Shown piece by piece: positions 53,278 to 63,537 of a DNA stretch of 64,000 nt. Position numbers and translations under genes: made by a program. This DNA is from Opitutales bacterium (GTDB lineage Bacteria > Verrucomicrobiota > Verrucomicrobiia > Opitutales > PNEW01): the NCBI GenBank assembly GCA_965197745.1, contig CBDANS010000007.1:1824001-1888000 (forward strand). Direction: 5' to 3'. The notes under the pieces were generated by a model. The model searched no databases. It was given only the letters and a program-made list of their open reading frames with translations, and was not told where the DNA came from. Numbering within the stretch: position 1 is the first letter of the stretch; every line of letters starts with the position of its first letter.

Positions 53278-54237
53278 TTGATCTCTAAAATACCGTGCAA
53301 ATCTATGATTGAAAAAAATCCAAGTAAAGCTTCGCCGGAAAAACTAACGAAACGTGCACTGCAATCAGACCACCCCACGTGGTGCCCCGGATGTGGAGAT
53401 TTCGCGGTATTAGCCGCTTTTTACAAAGTGTTAGAGAAACTTCAGCTTCCTCATGAAAATATTGTTACGCTTGCCGGTATCGGTTGTTCATCGCGGTTCC
53501 CCTATTTTGTAAACACCCACGGAGGCCATTACATTCACGGCCGTGCCGTTCCATTTGCCACCGGGGTCAGTCTCGGTCGATCTGACCTGCATATTTTTGT
53601 TTTTGGGGGAGACGGAGATGGATTTTCCATGGGGGGTAATCACCTCGATCACGCTGCGCGTAAAAACATTAATATGACCTATATAATTATGGATAATTTT
53701 GTTTACGGATTGACGAAAAAACAAACCTCCCCGACTTCCCCTCTCGGTTTCAAATCTACGACAGATCCATTTGGCTCTTTTGATGCTCCCATCAATCCAA
53801 TGAAAAAGTTGGTGTCCAGCGGTGCCACTTTCATCGCCCGCTCCCACGCAACTCAAGTGAAACACATGATGGAAATGTATGAACGTTCAATCGCCCACAA
53901 TGGATTTTCTGTTATCGAAATTCTCTCCGAATGCACCGAATTTTTTCCCGGTGCATTTGATGCTGGGATACCCCGCAAAGGAGGTGAATTCAAGTTGATA
54001 GATGAAAAAAAACATGACGGAACACCGCAAGATGAAGAGCGACATGAGTTGACGGATGAGAATGCCGCTTATCGATTGGCAGACATAGAATGGCCGGGTG
54101 TATTTGGCGTATTTTACGAATGCAAACGCTCGACGAAAAATGAAATGGAAAATACGCTTGTCGTAAAAAGTCGCCAGAAAACAGGTGATGTCAGCGCGCT
54201 AGAACTTCTCCGATCGACTTTTAAGCGTATGAAATAA
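53278..54237 (+). CDS. korB: 2-oxoacid:ferredoxin oxidoreductase beta subunit
   Basis: WCPGCGD, GIGCSSR, HGR, GDGD, YGLTK. Confidence 0.88.
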   Translation: MISKIPCKSMIEKNPSKASPEKLTKRALQSDHPTWCPGCGDFAVLAAFYKVLEKLQLPHENIVTLAGIGCSSRFPYFVNTHGGHYIHGRAVPFATGVSLGRSDLHIFVFGGDGDGFSMGGNHLDHAARKNINMTYIIMDNFVYGLTKKQTSPTSPLGFKSTTDPFGSFDAPINPMKKLVSSGATFIARSHATQVKHMMEMYERSIAHNGFSVIEILSECTEFFPGAFDAGIPRKGGEFKLIDEKKHDGTPQDEERHELTDENAAYRLADIEWPGVFGVFYECKRSTKNEMENTLVVKSRQKTGDVSALELLRSTFKRMK

Positions 54238-54305
54238 AATACGTTGACTTGCTGTATTCATTTATTATTCGAATATTTCTTTCGAATAATAATACCCTAA
54301 AAGTT

Positions 54306-55304
54306 ATGGCAGGAAAAATTAATACGATCATTGTAGGTACCGGTGGAATGGCCGGCCATCACTTAAAAAAGATGCTTGATCTGAGTCGGACAACCAAGAT
54401 CCAGGCATTTGTGGAGATCAGCGAAGCATCTCGGGAAAAGACCCGGACGATTTATGATGAACGCGGACTTAAGTGTCCCGCCTTTTATAATTCGATACAA
54501 TCGCTCTTGAAAAATGAGCCTAAACCACGTGCGGCTTTTATTGTCACCCCACACAAATTTCACCTTGAAAACACCCGCGACTGCCTTAATGCCGGAATGG
54601 ATGTGCTGCTTGAAAAACCCATGGTGATGAATACCAGTGAAGCAAAACGCCTTATTCAAGTACGCAATAAGACTGGCCGAATATTGGTTGTAGCATTTCC
54701 CGGAAGCCTATCACCCGCAGTGAAAAAAGCAAAGAAGATGCTTAAACAAGGAATTATCGGGGAAGTCAGAGGTGTCAGCGCTTATGTCCACCAAAGGTGG
54801 AAAAGTGCAACCATCGGGACTTGGCGCCAAAAGCCAGAAATTTCCGGTGGCGGATTCTTATTTGATACGGGTTCTCACATGATCAATACGATGGTTGATT
54901 TAATGAATGAACCGATCAGCGAAGTAACGGCTGTATTGGATAATTGCGGTGCTCCGGTTGAAATAAACAGTGCCATCATTGGCCGTTTTCGGAGTGGACA
55001 GTTTTTTTCATTATCAGGGATTGGAGATTCCATAAACTGTTTCGGAGCGATTCGAATTATTGGCACTAAGGGCATTCTTGTAACAGGTATATGGGGCGAA
55101 TATTTGAAGCTGTTAAAACAAGGCAAAAGTGAATACGCCCCCGTGCCCTACCCCAACTCGACCGGTGTTTGGCAGCAGTTTGTCCAGGTTCTACATGGAA
55201 AAATCGAAAATCCCTGCCCGCCTGAAGTAGGTCTGCGGTTTTCGCAACTCATGGATATGATTCGAAAGAGCGCTGAAACCGGTAAAAGGACTGTCCGTAA
55301 TTAA
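54306..55304 (+). CDS. Gfo/Idh/MocA family oxidoreductase
   Basis: IVGTGGMA, TPH, LEKPM, GGGFLFDTGSH. Confidence 0.88.
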   Translation: MAGKINTIIVGTGGMAGHHLKKMLDLSRTTKIQAFVEISEASREKTRTIYDERGLKCPAFYNSIQSLLKNEPKPRAAFIVTPHKFHLENTRDCLNAGMDVLLEKPMVMNTSEAKRLIQVRNKTGRILVVAFPGSLSPAVKKAKKMLKQGIIGEVRGVSAYVHQRWKSATIGTWRQKPEISGGGFLFDTGSHMINTMVDLMNEPISEVTAVLDNCGAPVEINSAIIGRFRSGQFFSLSGIGDSINCFGAIRIIGTKGILVTGIWGEYLKLLKQGKSEYAPVPYPNSTGVWQQFVQVLHGKIENPCPPEVGLRFSQLMDMIRKSAETGKRTVRN

Positions 55305-55948
55305 TCTAAATTGAAGCCCGGAACAAGAGGAGCGGTACAGATAAAAAGAAGGATTAAAAATATTGTTCCCCCTAAAAACCTGAGTTTATTCATGGAATGG
55401 ACCGATATTTCTTCAGGCACGCGTTTACCAAACAAGGCCGCCAATACCGTGAAGTAAAGCCACCACGCCATGGATCCCAGCCCGACACCCAGGGCTAGCA
55501 ATACGGCATATTCAGTCGGGCGTTCGCGCAGATGGAGACTGACCGCGATAAGTAATGAGCTATAGCCAATTAACCGCATGGGCATAGCCAGGGCGAGGCC
55601 AAATGTTGTCCATAGCACTCTGAATGCACCAGTGAGTGGTCCGTCATATTGAATAGTTTTAAAGCGGGGCGATTGATAAATAGTTAAACTCATATAGCCT
55701 AATACAAATGCTGCGCCCAATCGGAATAACCAATCAAATCCAGACGAGTACCTGGCCAACCACCATACGATAAGGGCAGCGAGGACCGACCATATTACTT
55801 GCGCCAGCGAGATTCCCAGTCCGGCCGCCATACCTGTCAACCAGCCGCGGCTTATTGTCATTTGCACACACCAGACAGCACCCGACACCATCGTAACAGA
55901 AAAGACAAATCCGAGAACGAAACCGATAATAGGAAAAAATAAATTCAT
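55301..55948 (-). CDS. LysE/RhtB-like membrane transporter
   Basis: 215 aa with about six TM helices; GxxAGLG and GSMAWW motifs. Confidence 0.65.
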   Translation of the reverse strand: MNLFFPIIGFVLGFVFSVTMVSGAVWCVQMTISRGWLTGMAAGLGISLAQVIWSVLAALIVWWLARYSSGFDWLFRLGAAFVLGYMSLTIYQSPRFKTIQYDGPLTGAFRVLWTTFGLALAMPMRLIGYSSLLIAVSLHLRERPTEYAVLLALGVGLGSMAWWLYFTVLAALFGKRVPEEISVHSMNKLRFLGGTIFLILLFICTAPLVPGFNLD

Positions 55949-57562
55949 ACTTTAATTCAAAAGTATCGCCAGCTATAAGAGTGACAGGGGATCAAAACTT
56001 AAAAGGCGCTAATTCATCTACACGATTGACAGGAGGAATAAGTGAAAACGCCTGCCGCCTTTTCCTTGTGAGTCGGGAATGGTTACACCATCCAGCCGGT
56101 ACAGATTGAGTTTGTTGCGTAAGGTACGAACGTTCACCTTTAATAATTTCGCGGCATGGGTTCGGTTTCCTCGAGTTACTTTCAGCGCGCGCAATATTTG
56201 TGCCTTCTCAATTTCTACCAGGGAGACTACTTCGTCTGCTCTCGCTGTGGATCTCACCCTTTCCAACTCTTTAATACGGGCTGAGACAGAGTATAAATGA
56301 TCATTGTCTTCAAGGGCAACCTGATCACTATGTCGTGAAGAATTTAGACCAAATGATACTGCATCGAGGGTGCCACCATTTCCTGACATGATAACCGCTC
56401 GCTCAACAGCATTCTGCAATTCTCGCACATTGCCGAGCCAATCTTGTTCCTGTAAATAATCCATTGCTTCAGGCGATATCCCGCTGATTTTCACCCCATG
56501 CTTGGGAGCGGCCGCTTAGCAAAATACGTCGCTAATTGAATAATATCTGATCTACGCTCCCTGAGGGGAGGATTGTTAATAGGGAAAACATTTAACCGGT
56601 AAAATAGATCCTGGCGAAATTCTCCTTTTTCAACACATTGCACAAGATTGCGATTAGTCGTGGCTAGAACACGAACATCCACCTTGATCGTTTTATTGCC
56701 ACCAACACGTTCAAATTCGCGTTCTTGCAATACACGGAGAAGTTTAGCCTGCAGAACGGGTGATATCTCACTGACTTCATCGAGCAGAATGGATCCGCCA
56801 TTAGCCAGTTCAAATCGACCCTCCCGACGCGCCATAGCACCGGTGAAGGCTCCTTTCTCATGGCCAAAAAATTCACTCTCTATAAGGGAATCTGAAATAG
56901 ATGCACAATTCACCTTGGTAAATGCTTTCCCGTCGCGGGAGCTGCCCTTATGAATTTCATTTGCTACGAGTTCTTTACCGGTCCCACTTTCACCTTGAAT
57001 GAGTACCGTGGCTTCTGTGGGTGCTACTTTTTTGATGAGTCTCCGCAGATTTTTAATAGCCGGACTGCTCCCGAGAATCCCGGTATCGTGGTCAACACCC
57101 TGACTGTAAAAACGGTTCAAGCTGAGAATATGACTATAATCCTCCGCTTTATTAATGATAATATCAATCTGGCTGTGATTGGACCCCGTTTTTCGTACCA
57201 ATTATTAAGTGAGAGAGTTCCCGGGTATTAATGGTTTTAGGATTGATGTATATGAGAGATCTTGGCGAAGTGAGGGCGTAGCCCGAACGCGGCCAAGATC
57301 TGAAAGGAATGTGACAAACTCTTGTGGGCTTTTAAAGCCTAAACGACTGTGGGGATGATCATGGTTATAGGTCTGGCGCCATTGTTCGATTACAACTTGT
57401 GCTTCAGCCACGCTGAGCAACACTTCACGGTTCAAACACTCATCGCGTAAGCGGTTGTGAAACGACTCGATGAAACCGTTTTGCCAGGGACTGCCCGGAT
57501 CGATATATATCGCCTTGATCTTTTTGTCGGACAACGACTGCTGCACCTGATGAGCAATGAAT

Positions 57563-57594
57563 GGCTTCGCATGTCGTCGCTTCGCTCCTCGGAA
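57563..57594 (-). repeat. 32-bp mini-hairpin insertion TTCCGAGGAGCGAAGCGACGACATGCGAAGCC
   Basis: Splits the expected Glu codon of SDNGS-E-F; net +31 bp causes a frameshift. Confidence 0.8.
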
Positions 57595-57722
57595 CACTGC
57601 CGTTGTCACTACGGATATAGCTGGGAGCTCCCTCCTTTTCAATGGCCTCGCTAAGCACAGAGAGGACATCCGATGAGGGGAGTTCACGAGCGACCCGGAT
57701 ATCCAGACATTCACGCGTATAT

Positions 57723-57765
57723 GGCTTCGCTTCGCTTGAGTGTCGTCGCTTTCAGCTCCTCGGTA
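57723..57765 (-). repeat. 43-bp mini-hairpin insertion TACCGAGGAGCTGAAAGCGACGACACTCAAGCGAAGCGAAGCC
   Basis: Splits the expected Glu codon of ID-E-YTREC; net +42 bp with an in-frame TGA. Confidence 0.8.
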
Positions 57766-58194
57766 CATCGATCAGAGTCATCATCTTTAATGGACCGCCA
57801 TGGTCTGTGCGATCATGGACAAAGTCCCAGGACCAAAGGTGATTGCGACCGGTTGCTTTAGTAGGCGACCCCGTAGAGACCCCTTGACGGTGTCTACGCT
57901 TTTTAGGTGGCTTTACCTGCAACCCTTCTGAACGTCGTACCGCCTGAACAAACTTCCTGTTTGTTGTCCAGCCTTCCTTTACGAGCAAGGCACGGATGCG
58001 CCGGTAACCGTAGCAGGGATGTTCCCAGGACAGGGTTATAATCCGCTCGGCCAACCGCTGAGCTTTCTTACTGGCCTGCTTGGGCTGGTAGCTGAAAGTT
58101 GACCAACTGAGGCTGAGGTAGGAACAAGCCCTTCGCAACGAGCACAGCCCTCTCTCAGCCGCATCTTTTACTACTCGCTTCTTCTGCTTGGGGC

Positions 58195-58461
58195 TCACCA
58201 CTTTTTTGACAGCGTTTCCTCCATTACCTGATTCTTAAGCATTTGATCAGCGAGCATCTTCTTCAACTCGGTGTTTTCTTTTTCCAGCTCTTTAAATCGC
58301 TTCGCATCGGCTAGTTCCAAATTGCCATACTTTTTACCCCAGCGATAGAAGGTCTGTTCACTCACGTTGTTGCCTCGGCAGATTTCCTCTACCGTTTTTC
58401 CGGTATCGGCTTGCCGCAGTATTGCGATGATCTGTTCTGTTGTGTATCTTTTTCTTTTCAT
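58195..58461 (-). CDS. IS3 OrfA (HTH)
   Basis: 88 aa MKRKRYTTEQII...SEQTFYRW...LEKENTELKK...SKKW. Confidence 0.93.
   Translation of the reverse strand: MKRKRYTTEQIIAILRQADTGKTVEEICRGNNVSEQTFYRWGKKYGNLELADAKRFKELEKENTELKKMLADQMLKNQVMEETLSKKW
58201..58207 (-). promoter_or_regulatory. Programmed -1 frameshift motif A AAA AAG
   Basis: A6G at the orfA/orfB overlap, typical of the IS3 family. Confidence 0.8.
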
Positions 58462-59177
58462 GAGGTTATCTGTTTATCCCGATAACCTCTCTCTGTTAAT
58501 GATACCATTTTTGGGGGTCACTCCAGCTGGTTGAAAATGGTTTGATAATATAATCAAAAGCACCTTCCCGCATACAATAGACAGCAGATTCAACCGAGGC
58601 GTAACCTGTCATCATGACTATCAATGGGGCATTCGGAGCTTTCGACAAGATGCGAAGCAAATCAGTACCGTCACCATCCGGTAATCTTACATCCATGAAG
58701 ACAAGGTCGAACAATTCATTTCTCAAAGTGCGTTCAGCGCTGGCAATAGTGTCCGCTGTTGCGATACTGCGTACTTTATTTGACAGTTGTTCTTCCATCG
58801 ACCTTCGAACCGCAAATTCGTCGTCGATCACTAATATTTTCTCTATGGCCATAAGCACGCCTTTTAGGGACAAAGGGTGTTTTACATTTTTTTTAACGTT
58901 AGGTCTATTGTTAGTTGATAAAAATTTTAAGGTTAATGGCGAGACGCGTATTGCCTTCAAATATCCCGGTTTAAAGCATTGGCATGATGCAATAAATAAC
59001 GTTGAAGTTCGTAAATTGTTGGTATTGTGGATAAAAAAACAAATTTTACATTTCCATAAACACTAATTTAGAAAATCAGTTATAAGGGTTGCATTACCAA
59101 AGTGAAATTTTAGATAATAAGAGACACTGCCATCGAACCGTAATTATTGAGATAACGCCCCAATAAAATACCGAGAA

Positions 59178-60068
59178 ATGACTTTAAATTACACGCTGGA
59201 AGACGTTGATACACGCTACTATAAAGTAGTGGCTATTGAGGTTCTTTCTCTGCATCAGCGTTGTTTTCCTGATGCTGATGGTTCATATATTATACCCCTC
59301 TTTGATGATATTCAGGGTATGTTTGCCGGTGAATACAAAAATTATCAGGCAATGGATACGATCTATCACGATTTGGAACATACTCTTCAAGCGACACTCT
59401 GTTGGGTGCGATTGATGGCTAATCGTCATCTTATTAATATCGAACCGGTAATTACGGCCAAAGAGTTCCAGATAGGTTTAACCGCTATCCTTTTTCATGA
59501 CATCGGTTATTTAAAAGAAAAAGGTGATAGGGACGGAACGGGTGCCAAATACACCTTTGTCCATGAACGGCGCAGTTGCGAGATCGTCGATATTTATTTA
59601 TCAGAAAATAAATGGGATAAATATGATATGTTTGCTGTTCAACATCTCATCGGATGCACGGGCCCACGAAGTATTATCAACGCGATTCCCTTTCATAGTA
59701 AAGCCGAGCGAATGATGGGAGAAGCAGTTTGTACTGCCGACTATGTTGGCCAGATGAGCGATTACAACTACGTAAAAAAATTACCTGCCCTCTTCCTCGA
59801 ATTTGAAGAATCTGATGATTTTCGCGAAGTTCCAAAAGAGGAGCGTCTATTCAAAAGCAAGGAAGAATTATTAACCGGAACTCCCTATTTTTGGGAAGAA
59901 GTGGTTGTCCAAAAATTAGAAAATGAGTGTCATGGTTTATTATATTGCCTTTCTGATCCCTACCCTGACGGGAATAATCCTTACATCAATAAGATTGAGG
60001 AAAACGTAAATCTCGTCCGGGAAATATGTGCTTCCAACGGGTCAAAGACAGTCACTGATCAGGAATAG
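59178..60068 (+). CDS. HD-domain metal-dependent phosphohydrolase (paralog of 17000-17917)
   Basis: YHDLEHT, LFHDIG, HERRS, TADYVGQ. Confidence 0.8.
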   Translation: MTLNYTLEDVDTRYYKVVAIEVLSLHQRCFPDADGSYIIPLFDDIQGMFAGEYKNYQAMDTIYHDLEHTLQATLCWVRLMANRHLINIEPVITAKEFQIGLTAILFHDIGYLKEKGDRDGTGAKYTFVHERRSCEIVDIYLSENKWDKYDMFAVQHLIGCTGPRSIINAIPFHSKAERMMGEAVCTADYVGQMSDYNYVKKLPALFLEFEESDDFREVPKEERLFKSKEELLTGTPYFWEEVVVQKLENECHGLLYCLSDPYPDGNNPYINKIEENVNLVREICASNGSKTVTDQE

Positions 60069-60107
60069 GATAGACACTGCGCTTAATGATTCTTTCACTG
60101 ATTGTGG

Positions 60108-61649
60108 ATGTTAGCTGTAGTTTCATCAGGAGCCTTGCATGGAATCAAAGCCTTGCCGGTACAGGTTGAAGTTAATTCTGGAGAGACCGGTGAACCAAAG
60201 TTAATTCTCGTAGGGCTGCCTGATGCCGCAGTTAAAGAGTCCAATGATCGAGTTGTCTCAGCACTAAGTAACAGTGGGTTTAGGGTGCCCTAAACGCGTA
60301 CCACCATTAATCTTGCTCCGGGAGATATACGTAAAGAGGGATCCACTTACGATTTACTCATAGCCCTTGGTATTCTCGCCTCCACCGGTCAACTGGTTGC
60401 ACCTGATTTAGATCAGTATGTAATCGGCGGCGAACTCAGTCTCTCGGGTGAAACACGACCGATCAAAGGCGCTTTAGCCATGACCATCCTTGCGCGGGAA
60501 CAGGGTAAAGCAGGACTCCTCCTGCCTCCAAACTCTTCGCGTGAAGCCGCTCTCGTTCAGGGAGTACCTGTTTACAGTGTAAATTCCCTTGATGAAGCCT
60601 GTGCATTTCTCTCTGGGAAGAAGCAACTACCCGTATGTGAACTCCCTATGGATATTAATAATGCGAGTGATCTTGCGAGTAGCTACGATATGGATATTTC
60701 AGAAATAAAAGGACAGCAGTCTCTTGTCCGTGCCGTGGAAGTGGCGGTATCTGGCGCTCATAATCTGCTCATGATAGGACCCCCTGGCTCCGGAAAATCC
60801 ATGGTCGCCAAACGTATCCCTACGATTATGCCCGTACCTACTCTTGAGGAATTTCTTGAAATACTCAGTGTTCACTCTGCTGCAGGGAATACCTTAGGTA
60901 GTGAAATTACTGCCTACCGGCGACCCTTCAGGAGTCCCCATCACACGATCAGCGATGTCGGACTTTTGGGCGGAGGCACTATACCCAGCCCGGGTGAAAT
61001 ATCACTGGCCCATAATGGTGTTCTCTTTCTCGATGAACTGCCCGAGTTTAAACGTTCAGCCCTTGAAGTCTTACGTCAACCGCTTGAAGACGGCGAAGTC
61101 ACCATATCACGCAGTGCAGGGAGAATCACCCTTCCCTGCTCGACCATGTTGGTAGCTGCCATGAATCCTTGCCCCTGTGGATACTTAGGCGACAGGAAGA
61201 GAGAATGCCGCTGCACGGTCACCCAGATACAACGCTATCGCGCGCGCATCAGCGGACCTCTCCTCGATCGTATTGATCTTCATATTGAAGCGCCCTCACT
61301 CCGAATTGAAGAAATGCAAAGCCAGAAGCCAGGACCGCCATCAAAAGATATACGCGAACGCATTCAAGGTTCTCGAAGCGTGCAAAACGAGCGATTCGCT
61401 AAGACTAATACCCACAGTAATGCACGCATGACTCATGCCCAGATACAAAAATTTTGTCCCATCGACGATAACCTTGGGAAACTGCTTCAACAGGCAATGG
61501 ATCAGCTCAATCTTTCGGCTCGTGCCTATGATCGCATCCTCAAGGTTTCACGCACCATCGCGGATCTCGCCGAATCGGAGAATATCGAAGCCCCTCACCT
61601 TCTCGAAGCCATTCATTATCGCGGCCTTGATCGAACCTTGTTTTATTAA
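60108..61649 (+). pseudogene. comM: ComM/YifB Mg-chelatase-like ATPase with an in-frame TAA at 60291-60293
   Basis: VGLPDAAVKES...[13 protein letters not shown]...GELSLSG...GPPGSGKS...FRSPHH...NPCPCG all in one frame. Confidence 0.9.
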
Positions 61650-61731
61650 TAGTGTTTCAATCGAATAAACTAGAATTTCGCTTCAATTGTCCATATTAAG
61701 GAATAGCATAAGACTATTGGATATATCACTA

Positions 61732-63537
61732 ATGAGGACACGCTTAATTAAATTGAGAAGCACTGCTCTTAGCATAATTTTAATCGTAAAATATCAATTC
61801 GCTATTCTCTTGCTCGGTGTGGGGTGCACCCAGTTACAAGAGCGTGAATTCGTTCAAACACCGATACCTGAAGATGCGGCGCAATCTGCGCTTGAACCGG
61901 GCAAACCAAGTGGAATATTTATTCGAACAGAAATAGGAGAGTTAGCCACTTTAAATCCATTAGTTGCAGAAGACCGGTCCTCAAGCGCGGCTATAGGATT
62001 AATGTCTGGGGCATTGACAGAATTTGACTGGGTAGATGAAGAAATAATACCTGGTTTGGCCAAGTCGTGGGATATATCAGAAGATCAGAAAACCTTTACC
62101 TTTCATCTTAGAAAGGGGGTACACTGGAGCAATGGCGCACCATTTTCCGCAGATGATGTTATCTTTTCATATAAGTGTTACTATGACGACCGCTTTCCTA
62201 ATCGTAGTAAATTTTATCTTACGATAAACGGAAAACCATGTGAAATTATTAAGATTGACGATTATACGGTGCAAATAACGGCACCGGAAATTTATGCTCC
62301 CTTCCTCCTTTTTGTCGCGGGTCAAGGAATTTTACCCAGACATATTTTAGAGGAATCATTTGATGATGGTACTTTGCTTAAACAATGGAGCATAAGTACA
62401 GCAAAAAACAACCCGGAGAAAATAGCATCACTGGGTCCATTTGTATTGCAATCGTACCGGCCAGGAGAACGCATCGTATTTGCCAGGAATCCCAATTATT
62501 ACAAAATCGACAAAGCTCGCGTACGCTTGCCCTATATCAAGTATTTAATTGCTAAAATGGTCAGCGACAGCAACGCAAGTACCGTAACATTTGCCCAGGG
62601 CCAAACGGATGTTGAAAGTATAGGACCCGGAGATCTAGCTTGGGTAGAACGAGCAATGAAAAAGCAGGATTTTAGAATTATAAACAGAGGACCTGCACCC
62701 TCTATTACCTTTATCTGGTTCAACTTAAACCCTGGCAAGAATGCCGATGGTAATCCCTTTGTAGAAGAATATAAGTTAGCCTGGTTTCAAAATCAGAAAT
62801 TTCGTCAAGCCGTATGTTATGGCACAAACCGCGAAGGAATTATTGAGGGGGTACTTTTCGGTCGAGGAGCCCCTTTACACTCATCCGTTACGCCAGCAAA
62901 TCGCAGGTGGCATAACCCAAATGTTCACAAGTATCCTTACAACCCTGATAAATCTAAAGAGCTACTAATTAGTGAAGGTTTCTTTTATAAAGAAAATAAT
63001 GTTCTTTATGGACCCAATGGAAACCGCGTAGCTATCACTCTGGAAACGAATAAGGATAACAATACTCGCACTGAAATAGCCACTGTTTTCAAGGAAAATA
63101 TGGCTCATTTAGGAATAGATATTAACTTACAATTTATCGACTTTAATACCCTTGTTGTAAAAATAACTGATTCTTTTGATTACGAATGTTCCCTCTTAGG
63201 ATTGGGTGGTGGAGTCAGCGATCCGGCGGCGAGCCTTGATATTTATTCCAGCGCAGGGCGTATGCACATGTGGTATCCGAGTCAGAAATCACCTGCTACT
63301 GAGTGGGAGGCCCGAATAGATAAATTGATGGGGCTTCAAGTAGGAACGCTTGATTTCAATGAGAGAAAACAATACATGGATGAAGTTCAGATGATTATGA
63401 GTGAGCAAGTCCCCTTTATATTGCTCATTAGTCCCAATGCCTATGTAGGGATTAAAAATAAGTGGCAAGGCGTGAAAGTCCCCACCATGGGTGGTGTGAT
63501 TTGGAATATTGATGAACTCTGGGCATTAGAGAAATGA
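61732..63537 (+). CDS. Peptide/nickel ABC transporter substrate-binding lipoprotein (family 5)
   Basis: Lipobox-like LGVGC; PGLAKSW, FHLRKGVHWSNGAPFSADDV, GPF; start codon uncertain. Confidence 0.9.
   Translation: MRTRLIKLRSTALSIILIVKYQFAILLLGVGCTQLQEREFVQTPIPEDAAQSALEPGKPSGIFIRTEIGELATLNPLVAEDRSSSAAIGLMSGALTEFDWVDEEIIPGLAKSWDISEDQKTFTFHLRKGVHWSNGAPFSADDVIFSYKCYYDDRFPNRSKFYLTINGKPCEIIKIDDYTVQITAPEIYAPFLLFVAGQGILPRHILEESFDDGTLLKQWSISTAKNNPEKIASLGPFVLQSYRPGERIVFARNPNYYKIDKARVRLPYIKYLIAKMVSDSNASTVTFAQGQTDVESIGPGDLAWVERAMKKQDFRIINRGPAPSITFIWFNLNPGKNADGNPFVEEYKLAWFQNQKFRQAVCYGTNREGIIEGVLFGRGAPLHSSVTPANRRWHNPNVHKYPYNPDKSKELLISEGFFYKENNVLYGPNGNRVAITLETNKDNNTRTEIATVFKENMAHLGIDINLQFIDFNTLVVKITDSFDYECSLLGLGGGVSDPAASLDIYSSAGRMHMWYPSQKSPATEWEARIDKLMGLQVGTLDFNERKQYMDEVQMIMSEQVPFILLISPNAYVGIKNKWQGVKVPTMGGVIWNIDELWALEK

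Larger units (their letters stand above)
57205..58201 (-). pseudogene. IS3 OrfB (DDE integrase core), inactivated by two small insertions
   Basis: YGYRR, WSWDF, ID/YTREC, SDNGS/FIA, PGSPWQNGFIESF, PHSRLG in three pieces. Confidence 0.9.
57176..58525 (-). mobile_element. IS3-family (IS407-like) insertion sequence, 1350 bp
   Basis: TG...CA ends with imperfect IRs (TGGAGTGACCCC / TGATTGGACCCC); 4-bp TSD GCTG at 57172-57175 and 58526-58529; orfA/orfB overlap. Confidence 0.93.
56018..58852 (-). pseudogene. Sigma-54-dependent (NtrC/AtoC-type) response regulator, interrupted by an IS3 element and frameshifted near 56511
   Basis: REC domain (VIDD, DVRLPDG, KPF) at 58852-58526 joins in frame across the IS to AAA+ (GESGTGKE, GAFTGA, DLFYRL) and Fis HTH (GNRTHAA). 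Confidence 0.92.

Noticed and set aside
57261..57297. CTTGGC...GGGCGTAGCCC...GCCAAG hairpin as a third micro-insertion
   Set aside because: It keeps the OrfB frame, has a different sequence and orientation, and looks like a native subterminal structure of the IS.
58853..59177. Sigma-54 promoter near the NtrC-type gene
   Set aside because: TGGCAT near 58980 lacks a correctly spaced TTGC -12 element.
60291..60293. Stop-codon reassignment explaining the in-frame TAA (comM) and TAG (GIY-YIG)
   Set aside because: TAA, TAG and TGA all terminate intact genes elsewhere in the window.
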